From Eubacteriales bacterium (GTDB taxonomy: Bacteria; Bacillota; Clostridia; Oscillospirales; CAG-272), in the NCBI GenBank assembly GCA_045646945.1, contig JAZRLS010000045.1, positions 3,128-67,127 on the forward strand: DNA of 64,000 bases. The letters are read 5' to 3'. Positions 27,500 through 37,014 of this stretch are shown one piece after another; positions within the stretch are counted from its first letter, which is position 1; each line of letters begins with the position of its first letter. Below the pieces are notes generated by a model. It searched no databases, had not been told where the DNA came from, and worked only from the letters and a program-made list of their open reading frames with translations. The position numbers and the translations under genes were made by a program.

Positions 27500-28363
27500 A
27501 TGTTAGTTTCCGCAAAAGAAATGTTAACCAAAGCAAAAGCAGGCAAATATGCTGTAGGTCAGTTCAACATCAACAACCTTGAGTGGACGAAGGCAATCCT
27601 TCTGACTGCACAGGAGTTGAACTCTCCCGTCATCCTCGGTGTTTCTGAGGGCGCAGGTAAGTATATGGCAGGTTACAAGACCATCGTTGGTATGGTCAAC
27701 GGTATGCTCGAGGAGCTCAAGATCACCGTTCCCGTAGCGTTGCACCTTGACCACGGTTCTTACGAGGGATGCTATAAGTGCATCGAAGCAGGATTTTCGT
27801 CGGTCATGTTCGACGGTTCGCACTATCCGATCGAGGAGAACGTTGCAAAGACGACTGAGCTGATTAACGTATGTAATGAGAAGGGTCTTTCTCTCGAGGC
27901 AGAGGTTGGCTCGATCGGCGGTGAGGAAGACGGCGTTGTCGGTATGGGCGAGTGCGCTGATCCCGACGAGTGCAAGATGATCGCAGATCTCGGCGTTACG
28001 ATGCTTGCCGCAGGTATCGGTAATATTCACGGAAAGTACCCCGCAAACTGGCAGGGACTCTCTTTCGAAACGCTCGATGCGATTCAGCAGAAGACAGGCG
28101 AGATGCCTCTCGTTCTCCACGGCGGTACGGGCATTCCCGCTGATATGATCAAGAAGGCAATTTCTCTCGGCGTTGCAAAGATCAACGTCAATACCGAGTG
28201 CCAGCTCTCGTTTGCTGCGGCTACCCGTAAGTATATCGAGGAAGGCAAGGATCTTCAGGGCAAGGGCTTTGACCCCAGAAAGGTTCTCGCTCCCGGTTTT
28301 GAGGCAATCAAGGCAACCGTAAAGGAAAAGATGGAGCTCTTTGGTTCCGTTGGAAAAGCCTAA
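27500..28363 (+). CDS. fba: Class II fructose-1,6-bisphosphate aldolase
   Basis: FNINNLE, HLDHG, GNIHG, LVLHGGTG and KINVNTE. Confidence 0.96.
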   Translation: MLVSAKEMLTKAKAGKYAVGQFNINNLEWTKAILLTAQELNSPVILGVSEGAGKYMAGYKTIVGMVNGMLEELKITVPVALHLDHGSYEGCYKCIEAGFSSVMFDGSHYPIEENVAKTTELINVCNEKGLSLEAEVGSIGGEEDGVVGMGECADPDECKMIADLGVTMLAAGIGNIHGKYPANWQGLSFETLDAIQQKTGEMPLVLHGGTGIPADMIKKAISLGVAKINVNTECQLSFAAATRKYIEEGKDLQGKGFDPRKVLAPGFEAIKATVKEKMELFGSVGKA

Positions 28364-28378
28364 GCTTTGAATATGGAC

Positions 28379-28414
28379 AAACAGAGGTTGGGCAGGCTCT
28401 CAACCTCTGTTTTT
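28379..28414 (+). terminator. Intrinsic terminator after fba
   Basis: AAACAGAGGTTG...CAACCTCTGTTTTT. Confidence 0.8.
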
Positions 28415-28446
28415 ATCGTAAATGCTAACGAAGAAGGAAACTTATT

Positions 28447-29616
28447 ATGACGAGAATTGAAATTATTTCCGGCTTTTTGGGAGCGGGAAAGACTACGCTG
28501 ATCAATCGATTGATCCACGAAGCCTATGAGGGCGAAAAGCTTGTTTTGATCGAAAACGAATTTGGTGATATCGGCATTGACAGCGGATTTTTGCAGGATT
28601 CGGGCATTCAGATCGCTGAAATGAATTCGGGTTGTATCTGTTGCTCGTTGGTGGGAGATTTCTCCAAGGCACTTTCTGAGGTGGTTGCCACCTATCATCC
28701 CGATCGCATTCTGATCGAGCCGTCGGGCGTCGGAAAACTGAGCGACGTAACCAAGGCGGTGCTGTCTGCCGAGCTTGAGGGTGCGGTGCTTGGAAGCGCA
28801 ACGGTTGTGGTTGACGTGAACAAGTGCAAGATGTATATGAAGAATTTCGGCGAATTCTTCAACGATCAAATTGCTCACGCGGGTTGTATCGTATTTAGCC
28901 ATACCGATCATACCACGGAGCAGAAGCTTAGTGAAGCACTGACGCTGGTTCGTGCTGTGAATGGGAAAGCAACCGTTGTAACCACTCCTGCCGATCAGTT
29001 GGATATTCATACGCTGATCGAAGCAATGGAAAATAAGCACACGATGGAAGAACAGCTCAAGGAGTTGATAGAAGAAGAGGCATGTCCTGTTTGCGGACAC
29101 CACCATCACCATGATCACGATGAGCACTGCGAGCATGAGCATCATCACCACCACGATCACGATGAGCACTGCGAGCACGAGCATCATCACCATCACGATC
29201 ATGATGAGCACTGCGAGCACGAGCATCACCATCATCACGATCACGATGAGCACTGTGAGCACGAGCATCATCACCATCACGACCACGATGAGCACTGCGA
29301 GTGCGGCTGTCATGACCACGATCACGGACATCACCATCATCATGCCGATGAGGTCTTTACGAGCTGGGGCAAGGAGACGCTGAAAAAGTACTCGAAGGAC
29401 GAGTTGCTTTCGATCTTGAAGGCACTGGAAAACGAAGAAAAGTACGGAATGATCCTTCGCGCCAAGGGAATTGTTGCATCGACCGATGGCGAGTGGCTTC
29501 ACTTTGATTACGTGCCCGGCGAGCCCGACGTTCGGGTGGGCAGTGCCGCTCCGATCGGAAAATTCTGCGTCATCGGTTCGCATATTTCCGAGCACGAGCT
29601 GTCTGAACTTTTTTAA
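28447..29616 (+). CDS. COG0523/CobW family G3E GTPase metallochaperone with His-rich insert
   Basis: GFLGAGKTT, ENEFG, GCICC, IEPSG and CobW_C LRAKG. Confidence 0.93.
   Translation: MTRIEIISGFLGAGKTTLINRLIHEAYEGEKLVLIENEFGDIGIDSGFLQDSGIQIAEMNSGCICCSLVGDFSKALSEVVATYHPDRILIEPSGVGKLSDVTKAVLSAELEGAVLGSATVVVDVNKCKMYMKNFGEFFNDQIAHAGCIVFSHTDHTTEQKLSEALTLVRAVNGKATVVTTPADQLDIHTLIEAMENKHTMEEQLKELIEEEACPVCGHHHHHDHDEHCEHEHHHHHDHDEHCEHEHHHHHDHDEHCEHEHHHHHDHDEHCEHEHHHHHDHDEHCECGCHDHDHGHHHHHADEVFTSWGKETLKKYSKDELLSILKALENEEKYGMILRAKGIVASTDGEWLHFDYVPGEPDVRVGSAAPIGKFCVIGSHISEHELSELF
29098..29301 (+). repeat. Coding tandem repeat, 42-bp unit (HHHHHDHDEHCEHE), 4 full copies plus 1 near-complete
   Basis: Units start at 29098, 29140, 29182, 29224 and 29266. 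Confidence 0.92.
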
Positions 29617-29626
29617 CAGGTGAACT

Positions 29627-30568
29627 ATGAAATATCCGATTTATTTGTTTACGGGATTTCTTGAGGGCGGTAAAACGCATATTATTCAGGAGTCACTCAA
29701 CGACCAGAATTTTAATAGCGGTGAAAAGACGCTGGTTCTGATGTGCGAAGAGGGAATTGACGAGCTTGATCCCACCCAATTCTGGGGACAGAACGTCAGC
29801 ATTCAATACGTCGAAGATGAGTCGTGGCTGACGCGCGAAAATCTCGAAGCACTCACGAGGGGCAAGAAGATTGACCGTATTATTATCGAGTATAACGGTA
29901 TGTGGCAGCTCTCTACGCTCTATCAGAGTATGCCGCCGACGTGGGATCTCTATCAGAATATGATGTTTGCTGATGCGAACACCTTCCTTTTGTACAATCA
30001 GAATATGCGCCAGCTGACAGTAGATAAGCTGATCGATTGCGAAATGATCGTACTCAACCGTGCCTCCGAAAAGACCGACAAGGAAGAAATTCACAAGATC
30101 GTGCGCGGAATTACGCGCCGCGCCGCCATTGTGTACGATTATCCCGACGGACACGTGGAATACGACGAGATCGAGGATCCGTTGCCCTTTGATAAAGAGG
30201 CGGACGTGATTGAAATTGCCGATGAGGATTATGCGGTATGGTACCGCGACCTTTCGGAAGAAATGCCGTCGTATGAGGGGAAAACGATTAAGGTGAAGGG
30301 AATTGTTGCGACCGATCCGAGATTGCCGCAAAATTCGGTGATCATCGGACGTCACGTGATGACCTGTTGCGTGGACGATATTCAATATAGCGGATTTGTT
30401 TGCGTATTCAAGGACACGCCCAAGCTGAAAATGCGTGACTGGATTACGGTCAAGGGCAAGATCAAACTTGAAAAGACCAAGCTTTACCGTCAGGCAGGTC
30501 CTGTGCTTTACGTGGAATCGACTGAATTTGCCGTTCCGCCCAAGCAAGAGGTTGCGACCTTTTATTAA
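29627..30568 (+). CDS. CobW-associated GTPase-like / TIGR03943-like (CC motif) protein
   Basis: GFLEGGKT, CEEG, IEYNGMW; C-terminal GRHVMTCCVDD. Confidence 0.8.
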   Translation: MKYPIYLFTGFLEGGKTHIIQESLNDQNFNSGEKTLVLMCEEGIDELDPTQFWGQNVSIQYVEDESWLTRENLEALTRGKKIDRIIIEYNGMWQLSTLYQSMPPTWDLYQNMMFADANTFLLYNQNMRQLTVDKLIDCEMIVLNRASEKTDKEEIHKIVRGITRRAAIVYDYPDGHVEYDEIEDPLPFDKEADVIEIADEDYAVWYRDLSEEMPSYEGKTIKVKGIVATDPRLPQNSVIIGRHVMTCCVDDIQYSGFVCVFKDTPKLKMRDWITVKGKIKLEKTKLYRQAGPVLYVESTEFAVPPKQEVATFY

Positions 30569-30574
30569 AAAAGA

Positions 30575-30610
30575 AACCGCTGAGAGAATCATAAGATTCT
30601 CTCAGCGGTC
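30575..30610. terminator. Bidirectional terminator
   Basis: ACCGCTGAGAGAATC-ATAA-GATTCTCTCAGCGGT. Confidence 0.8.
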
Positions 30611-30617
30611 ATTTTGT

Positions 30618-32246
30618 TTATTTGGGGAGACGATCGCAGAACATCAGAAGATTGGAGGTTACTTTTTCCTCTTCGGTCAGCGGTCGGAACGTCCCGTTTT
30701 CATAGAGAATATCCATTACCATCAGCGCGACTTCTTTGTGGATCAGCTTACCAACACTGGTTGCTACAACCAGATCTCGCATTTGCAGCGGATAATCCTT
30801 TGCCACCAACATCGCTTCTTCAAGCGCATCGTCTGCGAATATTTTTTTGATCTTTTCATCCAAGACGGGCAGGGTTGAGAAAAATTTGTCCGCTTCGCCG
30901 TGCACTATCATAATATTAACCTTATTGTCTTTGGTTAAATATCCTCGTCCTCTCAAACGCTCAAACTTTTCCTTGTTAGCATAGGAGTCTTCGATATCTC
31001 CGCTCATAAATTCATACAGATATTCATAATCCGAAACAAGATTGTTTTTCCAAGCTTCCTTGACTTTGTGGCGAGAGCAATAGCGTGAATCAATAGACCA
31101 AGAATATACCGAAGGATATTTTTCCGACCAACGGTACATATCTCCGCAACTCCAATAGGATGGGTATGTTGTGGGCGAGGTATAATCGGGATCGCTTTGT
31201 GTGGCAGGAATCGTAACGTAAGCAATAAAATCACCGCCATCCAAGGTCTTGATACGGTAGGGGGAGAGATCTTTGTTTAGAGAAATGGGGCATTTGTTGC
31301 AGATTGCGTAAAAGATGCAAGCGGCTTCAAACAGCTCTCGGTTGCCGCCGGGAATATAGATATCCTTGACCTCTGCAATCGCTGCCCGTACCTGAGGTAC
31401 GTATTCGTGAACCAAAATCTCGGCAATCTCCAGCTGCTTTTGCAAGCGTTTATCTTTTTGTTCGAGTGAATAAGTTTCTGGATTGAAATTGACGTACGTT
31501 GTATAGCGGTTTCCTTGCTGTTTTACCAAAAAACCATTCGCTTCCAGTTCTTTTACGGTATCCTCAATATAAACGGGTGTCACCCCAAGTTCCTCTGCGA
31601 TCTCGGTCATTGTTTTCGGGGTGTGGTAAACACTATATACGATATTGAGATTTAACTTGTTTCCCAAATAATATTCGGGACCGCCGTTTTTGCCGGGATT
31701 TCCTCCATGCCCAAAACTTTTTGCTTCGATTGGCTTCATGCCAAGCTTTCCAATGTTTCTTTCCATCATAAAACCTTCCTTTAAATCATTTTTGGCTTTG
31801 TTCAGATGCCATTTGACTGTTCCCTCGGGAATTCCCATTTCTTTGGTGATCATAGAAATGGGTTTATTTTCATAATAAAATGAATAAACAATCCGGCGGC
31901 GGGTTTGGGTTAAAAAGGCGATCTCACGCCGTAATAACTCAATCTCCGATTTGGAATCGTCATCCCAGATCGGCAGTTCGTCGGGAAACTCCAAGCAGTT
32001 GATCGAAATACCTTCGCGTTTTTTCTTGGAAGATACGAATTTTGAATAAACGTGCTCGGAGATTCGCCAAACATATCCGTCGATATTTAAGATTTCCTTG
32101 GATGAGAGAAACGATAAATAAACCTCCGTAATAATATCGGAGCTTAATTCCTCTGCTTCTTCATAAGAAAAAGCTTTTTTCATGGCAAAGCCGTAAATTT
32201 TCGGCAGATATTTCACGATCAATTCGTCTGCTTGCTGTTTGTTCAT
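30618..32246 (-). CDS. ECF sigma-70 factor with long C-terminal extension (wHTH-containing)
   Basis: Sigma2 (IYGFAMKK...EAEEL..DI, YVWRI) and sigma4 (YYENK.I..I...MGIPEGTVKWHL); GAGGTG SD. Confidence 0.85.
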   Translation of the reverse strand: MNKQQADELIVKYLPKIYGFAMKKAFSYEEAEELSSDIITEVYLSFLSSKEILNIDGYVWRISEHVYSKFVSSKKKREGISINCLEFPDELPIWDDDSKSEIELLRREIAFLTQTRRRIVYSFYYENKPISMITKEMGIPEGTVKWHLNKAKNDLKEGFMMERNIGKLGMKPIEAKSFGHGGNPGKNGGPEYYLGNKLNLNIVYSVYHTPKTMTEIAEELGVTPVYIEDTVKELEANGFLVKQQGNRYTTYVNFNPETYSLEQKDKRLQKQLEIAEILVHEYVPQVRAAIAEVKDIYIPGGNRELFEAACIFYAICNKCPISLNKDLSPYRIKTLDGGDFIAYVTIPATQSDPDYTSPTTYPSYWSCGDMYRWSEKYPSVYSWSIDSRYCSRHKVKEAWKNNLVSDYEYLYEFMSGDIEDSYANKEKFERLRGRGYLTKDNKVNIMIVHGEADKFFSTLPVLDEKIKKIFADDALEEAMLVAKDYPLQMRDLVVATSVGKLIHKEVALMVMDILYENGTFRPLTEEEKVTSNLLMFCDRLPK

Positions 32247-32375
32247 TTGATCACCTCGGTACCGTTTGCCCATATAGTGGAAAGAAACACAAAAAGGTTG
32301 GCACTTTTTGAAATAATTATATCATAAATTTTTTATTTTGTCTATGTTGGCATTGTTCTAACGTTTTTTTAAGGA

Positions 32376-32410
32376 AAAAGACTGCTGTGAATTTCACAGC
32401 AGTCTTTTTT
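32376..32410 (-). terminator. Intrinsic terminator after DUF11 gene
   Basis: AAAAAGACTGCTGTGAA-T-TTCACAGCAGTCTTTTT. Confidence 0.85.
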
Positions 32411-32411
32411 G

Positions 32412-33275
32412 TCAGATGGTACCCGTGATGATATACTCGACGAGTCCGGGAGTGACCGTAACCTCTCCCGTTTCGGGATTTCTCATATAGGTTGCGGCGG
32501 GAACGGTATCGGGATTTGCCGTGTCGGCGGGGACGGTGAGCACACCGTTTTCATAGGTGTAGTCGGTGGCGGGGACGGGGACGCCGTTTCTGGTGACGGT
32601 AATGTTTTCGGGGGCGGGATTAAATACGTCGGTAATCTGCACGTTTTCTGCCGCCGCATTTCCGTAGTTGAAGATCTGAATGGAGTAGGTCAGCGTATCT
32701 CCGCAGACGACGGGGTTCGGGGACATCTGCTTGAGCACCGAAATATCCGCGCCGCCTTGGACCGTAACGGTAGCTGATGCCGTTCCGTCCACGCACTCTG
32801 CGTCTGCCGAAATCGTTGCCGTGTTGACAATGGTAGAACCAAGGTCCAGCGGTGCAAACTCGTTGATTCTTGCGTTGTAAACAATATTTGCCGTCGCGCC
32901 CGCGGGGAGCGAAGCGATCGTAAACACCAACTCGCTTGGCGAGGTGGTGTCGACCCCCAGCTGAGCGGTTGCGTTTTGACCGTCAATCAGCAGAATTGCG
33001 TTGCCCGCGTAGGTGAGCGGAGTCAGCTCGGTTGCGTTAAACGGAAACGTACCAAGGTCGTCCTCGACTCTCAAATTCGTCAAGGCAGTGCCCGAGGTGT
33101 TTTGAACGCTCAGGATATACGTGAGAGTATCCTCTTCATCGTACACGGGGCTCAGCGGTGTTTTGGTCAGAAGTGCCGAAGATTCCAGCGCGATTTCGGC
33201 GATATTGGAAACGCGGGTTGCTTCCACACCGCCCGACGTGTAGCGAACGGTTGCAAAATTTTCTATGGTTGCCAT
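32412..33275 (-). CDS. DUF11-repeat (Ig-like) protein, likely spore-associated
   Basis: Two LTK/LKQ....GDTLTY.I.I.N.G...A.NV.I.D repeats; no signal peptide. Confidence 0.75.
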   Translation of the reverse strand: MATIENFATVRYTSGGVEATRVSNIAEIALESSALLTKTPLSPVYDEEDTLTYILSVQNTSGTALTNLRVEDDLGTFPFNATELTPLTYAGNAILLIDGQNATAQLGVDTTSPSELVFTIASLPAGATANIVYNARINEFAPLDLGSTIVNTATISADAECVDGTASATVTVQGGADISVLKQMSPNPVVCGDTLTYSIQIFNYGNAAAENVQITDVFNPAPENITVTRNGVPVPATDYTYENGVLTVPADTANPDTVPAATYMRNPETGEVTVTPGLVEYIITGTI

Positions 33276-33321
33276 AAATTCTCCTATCTTGTGATAATGT
33301 GGGAGAAGCTTCTCCCTTAGA

Positions 33322-33350
33322 TAGGATATGAATAGGCAAGAGAAAATGTC
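33322..33350 (-). promoter_or_regulatory. Sigma-K-like sporulation promoter
   Basis: Minus strand gACA-N16-CATAtccTA. Confidence 0.55.
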
Positions 33351-36300
33351 AAAGCGTGTCGAGAAGATCGTCCGAGAGTTTTAGGGGAATCGGTGTGATA
33401 TCAAAGAGTTTTCCCGCGTGAGTGGAATAAATGCAGACCTTTTTACACGGGCAACCAAAGAGCTCTTCGATTGCGTGCGCATAATAGGAGAGCTGAAGCC
33501 CGTGACGCTTTTGCAAGGAGTTTTGTGCAAGGCTGGGATTGTTCCTTTCTTCTTTCGTCAATCGGTCGGTTTTGTAGTCGAAGAGCGAAACGTCCCCATT
33601 TTGATCAATCAGAACGAGGTCGATGACACCTTGTACTGCCAAGCGCTCTTCTTTGAGCTTCGAACGGAATTGATCATCCTGCGTAAAGTGCTCGGGGGAG
33701 AGAAGTAAATTAAAGCGTTGTTCTCTGATGATTCGCTCCGACGCTTGGATTTCGCGGAACAGATCACTTTGCAGAAAAGATTCCAGCTCTTCCAAATAGA
33801 GGATTTCCGCATGGTTTTGGGAAAGGAATTGCTTTTCTACGAGACGATCGAGCTCGGCTTTCGCACCGTGTCGCTCGGCATACCCAAAGTCGCAGAACTG
33901 CAAAAAGAGGTGAGTTGCCGTGCCTCGCTCAGCGGCACTGACTGAAGAAAGCTTGCCTGAAAGGAAAAAGTCGGGAATAGCCGTTTTCTTTTCGGTAAAG
34001 AGATCGATGGCATCATCATTTTCATCCAGAACCGAGGGGGATAGACGGGAAACCGAAAGCTTTGCGGGAATCCGTTGCAGGTCACGGTTTGGGTACTTAA
34101 AGGCAAAGCTTTCCGTCAGCTTTGCTAAAAGCTCGGCATTGGGCTCACATTTTTCTTCAATTGTTTGTGTGTCTTCCTGCTCCGCAGTTTTTGTTTCGAT
34201 TTCCATCGGGGAGATAAAGGAGAGACGTGCACAGGTTGTATTGGCGTTGGGGTCGGCAAAGGGAAGTAGAATCCACTCTAAATACGAATTGGAACGGAGA
34301 ATGGTATAACGGTCACAGAACGCGACTTGTGCTTGCGCCCTCTTTTGGAGTTTTTCCTTGGTAGAAGCAGTGGAAGCCGTGATATAGAGACGTTCTCTGG
34401 CACGAGTCAGTGCAACGTACAGCACGCGCATTTCTTCCTCAGTTTGACGAATCTCATTTCCAACCCCCAGTGCTTCCCGCATCGGGGTGTTGATTCTGGC
34501 AAATCCTGTGGTATCTGCAATTTTCATTGCAACGCCCGTAGGATACTCAAACAAAAAGCTTTCTTTTTGATCCTTTCGGTTGAAACGGCTTGCCGTACCG
34601 CAGACGAAGCATACGGGGAATTCGAGACCCTTGGACTGATGGATGGTCATCAGATTGACACGGTCGGGAGAGCTTCCCTTGGGGGGGATCTTCATCGTTT
34701 TTTCTTCTTCGATGAGTGTGTTGATGAATTCAATAAAATTGTAAAGACCTTTAAAGGAACCTGCCTCAAAGCTTCTTGCATAATCGTACAGACGAAGCAG
34801 GTTGCCACCTTCATTGCCACCCGAAATATCACTTAGGAGTCCCGAGGCAATCATTCGATCCGACTCAAAAAGCGTTCTCAAAAAACGGTCGACCGGCATC
34901 GATCTTGCATCACGTCGAAGTGCTTGTAAATCCGCATCAAAGCCGCGGCATTTTTCCGCCAGCGCATCGTTTTTCTTGGCACGCTCGAGAAGCGCGTCAT
35001 ACAGAGAATAGGTGGCGTCGGCGGAGTCTCGAATTTCGATCATCTCATTCATATCAAAGCCGAAGAGAGGAGAACGCAGGGTTCCCGCGAAAAAGATATC
35101 GCGGTGGGGATTGTCTACCGTATTCAGGAGACAAAGAATCATCAATACTTCTGGATTTTCAAAATATCGTCCGCTGTCGCTTTCCGAGCAAAGAATGCCA
35201 CGCTGTTGCAGAGCATTGGCAACGTAAGGGCTTATCGTTCTGGAACGGAAAAGAACGGCAATGTCTCCTGGAAGAATCGGGGTACCGTTACCTTTCTTTT
35301 CTTCTCGGATCAGGCGGTCGATTTCCTCTGCAATATATGCCGCCTCGAGCTCTTTGGCAACGGGGGAGTCCTCTTGCGAGAAATCCGCGTCGCCTTGCTC
35401 TTCTGATTCTATTTTGGTAGAAATGACAGCAACTTCCACGACGGGAGCGGTTTCTCTTGGATCAAAGCTCCCCTTGGAATAGACCAAATCATCTTTTGAC
35501 TGATAATCAATGCTTTGTGCACAAGCGGAAAAAATCCGTCCGCAGATCAGATTGGTGAAGCGAATAATCGGTTCGTCGCATCGGAAATTTTCTGACATAA
35601 AGATGGTGGCAACGTCCGAATGCTTTGCGATGACGTCCTCGTAATCGGGAAAGGTTGCACGGTAGTTCGCAAATACTCTGGGCTCAGCTCCGCGGAATCC
35701 GTAAATGCTTTGTTTGATATCTCCAACCATAAATCGGTTGGTCGGAGTGGCAAGTGATGCGAAAATTTGATCCTGAACGAGGTCAACGTCCTGGTATTCA
35801 TCAATGTAAATATCGGAAAATTCTTTGGCATATTGTTGTGCGATCGCACTGGGATTCCCGTGTTCATCCAGCAGTAATCGAAAAGTATAGCGTCGGATGT
35901 CGTTGAAATCCAAGATTTTACGCAGTCGTTTTTGCTCGGTGAGTCTTTCTTGATAGGTGAAAAGTACACGGTAAAGCAGATCGGTATAATCTGCCGTATC
36001 TTTCATCGCACGAAGCAGAGTATCCTTCGATTTGGAAAAGAATTTTTTGGAGAGTGCGCGAAGCTCATCCTTCATTGCTGTTCGTAAGGATTTGAATTGC
36101 TCGGTTTCTTCGGTGACGTACTCTTTTTTGAGACGCTTGAGAGAAAGTGGTTCATAGTTTTGCAATTTGCACCGCGAAAGCTCATATCCTTCGTCCGAAT
36201 CTTGAAGGGTACCGAGTAATGATTCGCAGAAGGTTCTGTCGTAATCGTACGCCGCAAAGAGAGAATCGGCTGTTTCGGGATGCTGTTCGATATAGTCACA

Positions 36301-37005
36301 GGCGGCAGAAAAAATCGAACGTGCGTGTGTGACGGTGTTGATTGCGTGCTGGCGAAGAATGTTTCCGAAAGAGGTGGCAAAAAAGTCAATTCCTTTTTCT
36401 GCATCGGCTTTCGTTTGCTCTGCATTTCTACGGAAAAATTCAATTCCTTCTGGAATCGAATTGGATTGTTGCTCCAGATGGATCAAAAGCGAAGCCAATC
36501 GGTCAGTGCTTCTTGTTCCCGTACAGCATTCTGCAAAGGCAGGGAAGAGGGGATCATTTTCATAGAACAATTCAATGGTTTCTTCCATCGCAGAGAGAGA
36601 AAGGAGTTCAAGCTCTGCTTCATCCGCAATTCGAAAGCTGGCAGGCAGTCCTAAGACAGAAAAATTAGAACGCAAGAGATTGAGGCAAAAAGAGTCGATC
36701 GTACAGATATTGGCACTTCCCAATTTAATCAGTTGATTGGTTAAATGACGGTTGGTCGGATTTTTTGCCAAGGCGTCGCTCAGCGCAGTAAAAATACGGG
36801 ATTTCAGTTCTTCTGCGGCGGCACGGGTAAAGGTGACGATCAGCATGTTTGAAATATCGGAAGGATGCTCCGAATCGGTAATGCTTCGAATGATTCGTTC
36901 GGTCAGCGTTGCTGTTTTTCCCGATCCTGCCGCGGCACTGACCAAAAGGGTTTTATGATGAATGTTGATGGCGGCGCTTTGCGCTTCGGTCCATATTCTT
37001 TCCAT
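33349..37005 (-). CDS. addA: ATP-dependent helicase/nuclease subunit A
   Basis: SAAAGSGKT, DEYQD, VGDIKQSIYGFRGA, TIHQSKGLEF, LYVALTRA; C-terminal QGVID...DYKTD. Confidence 0.95.
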   Translation of the reverse strand: MERIWTEAQSAAINIHHKTLLVSAAAGSGKTATLTERIIRSITDSEHPSDISNMLIVTFTRAAAEELKSRIFTALSDALAKNPTNRHLTNQLIKLGSANICTIDSFCLNLLRSNFSVLGLPASFRIADEAELELLSLSAMEETIELFYENDPLFPAFAECCTGTRSTDRLASLLIHLEQQSNSIPEGIEFFRRNAEQTKADAEKGIDFFATSFGNILRQHAINTVTHARSIFSAACDYIEQHPETADSLFAAYDYDRTFCESLLGTLQDSDEGYELSRCKLQNYEPLSLKRLKKEYVTEETEQFKSLRTAMKDELRALSKKFFSKSKDTLLRAMKDTADYTDLLYRVLFTYQERLTEQKRLRKILDFNDIRRYTFRLLLDEHGNPSAIAQQYAKEFSDIYIDEYQDVDLVQDQIFASLATPTNRFMVGDIKQSIYGFRGAEPRVFANYRATFPDYEDVIAKHSDVATIFMSENFRCDEPIIRFTNLICGRIFSACAQSIDYQSKDDLVYSKGSFDPRETAPVVEVAVISTKIESEEQGDADFSQEDSPVAKELEAAYIAEEIDRLIREEKKGNGTPILPGDIAVLFRSRTISPYVANALQQRGILCSESDSGRYFENPEVLMILCLLNTVDNPHRDIFFAGTLRSPLFGFDMNEMIEIRDSADATYSLYDALLERAKKNDALAEKCRGFDADLQALRRDARSMPVDRFLRTLFESDRMIASGLLSDISGGNEGGNLLRLYDYARSFEAGSFKGLYNFIEFINTLIEEEKTMKIPPKGSSPDRVNLMTIHQSKGLEFPVCFVCGTASRFNRKDQKESFLFEYPTGVAMKIADTTGFARINTPMREALGVGNEIRQTEEEMRVLYVALTRARERLYITASTASTKEKLQKRAQAQVAFCDRYTILRSNSYLEWILLPFADPNANTTCARLSFISPMEIETKTAEQEDTQTIEEKCEPNAELLAKLTESFAFKYPNRDLQRIPAKLSVSRLSPSVLDENDDAIDLFTEKKTAIPDFFLSGKLSSVSAAERGTATHLFLQFCDFGYAERHGAKAELDRLVEKQFLSQNHAEILYLEELESFLQSDLFREIQASERIIREQRFNLLLSPEHFTQDDQFRSKLKEERLAVQGVIDLVLIDQNGDVSLFDYKTDRLTKEERNNPSLAQNSLQKRHGLQLSYYAHAIEELFGCPCKKVCIYSTHAGKLFDITPIPLKLSDDLLDTL

Positions 37006-37014
37006 ACTTCCTCC

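Noticed and set aside
29098..29301. Possible CRISPR array
   Set aside because: Contiguous in-frame coding repeats with no unique spacers; no cas genes in the window.
28360..29595. 411-aa antisense ORF with repeated hydrophobic MLVLAVLIVIV units
   Set aside because: It is the reverse-complement shadow of the CobW gene and its His repeat; it has no independent motifs.
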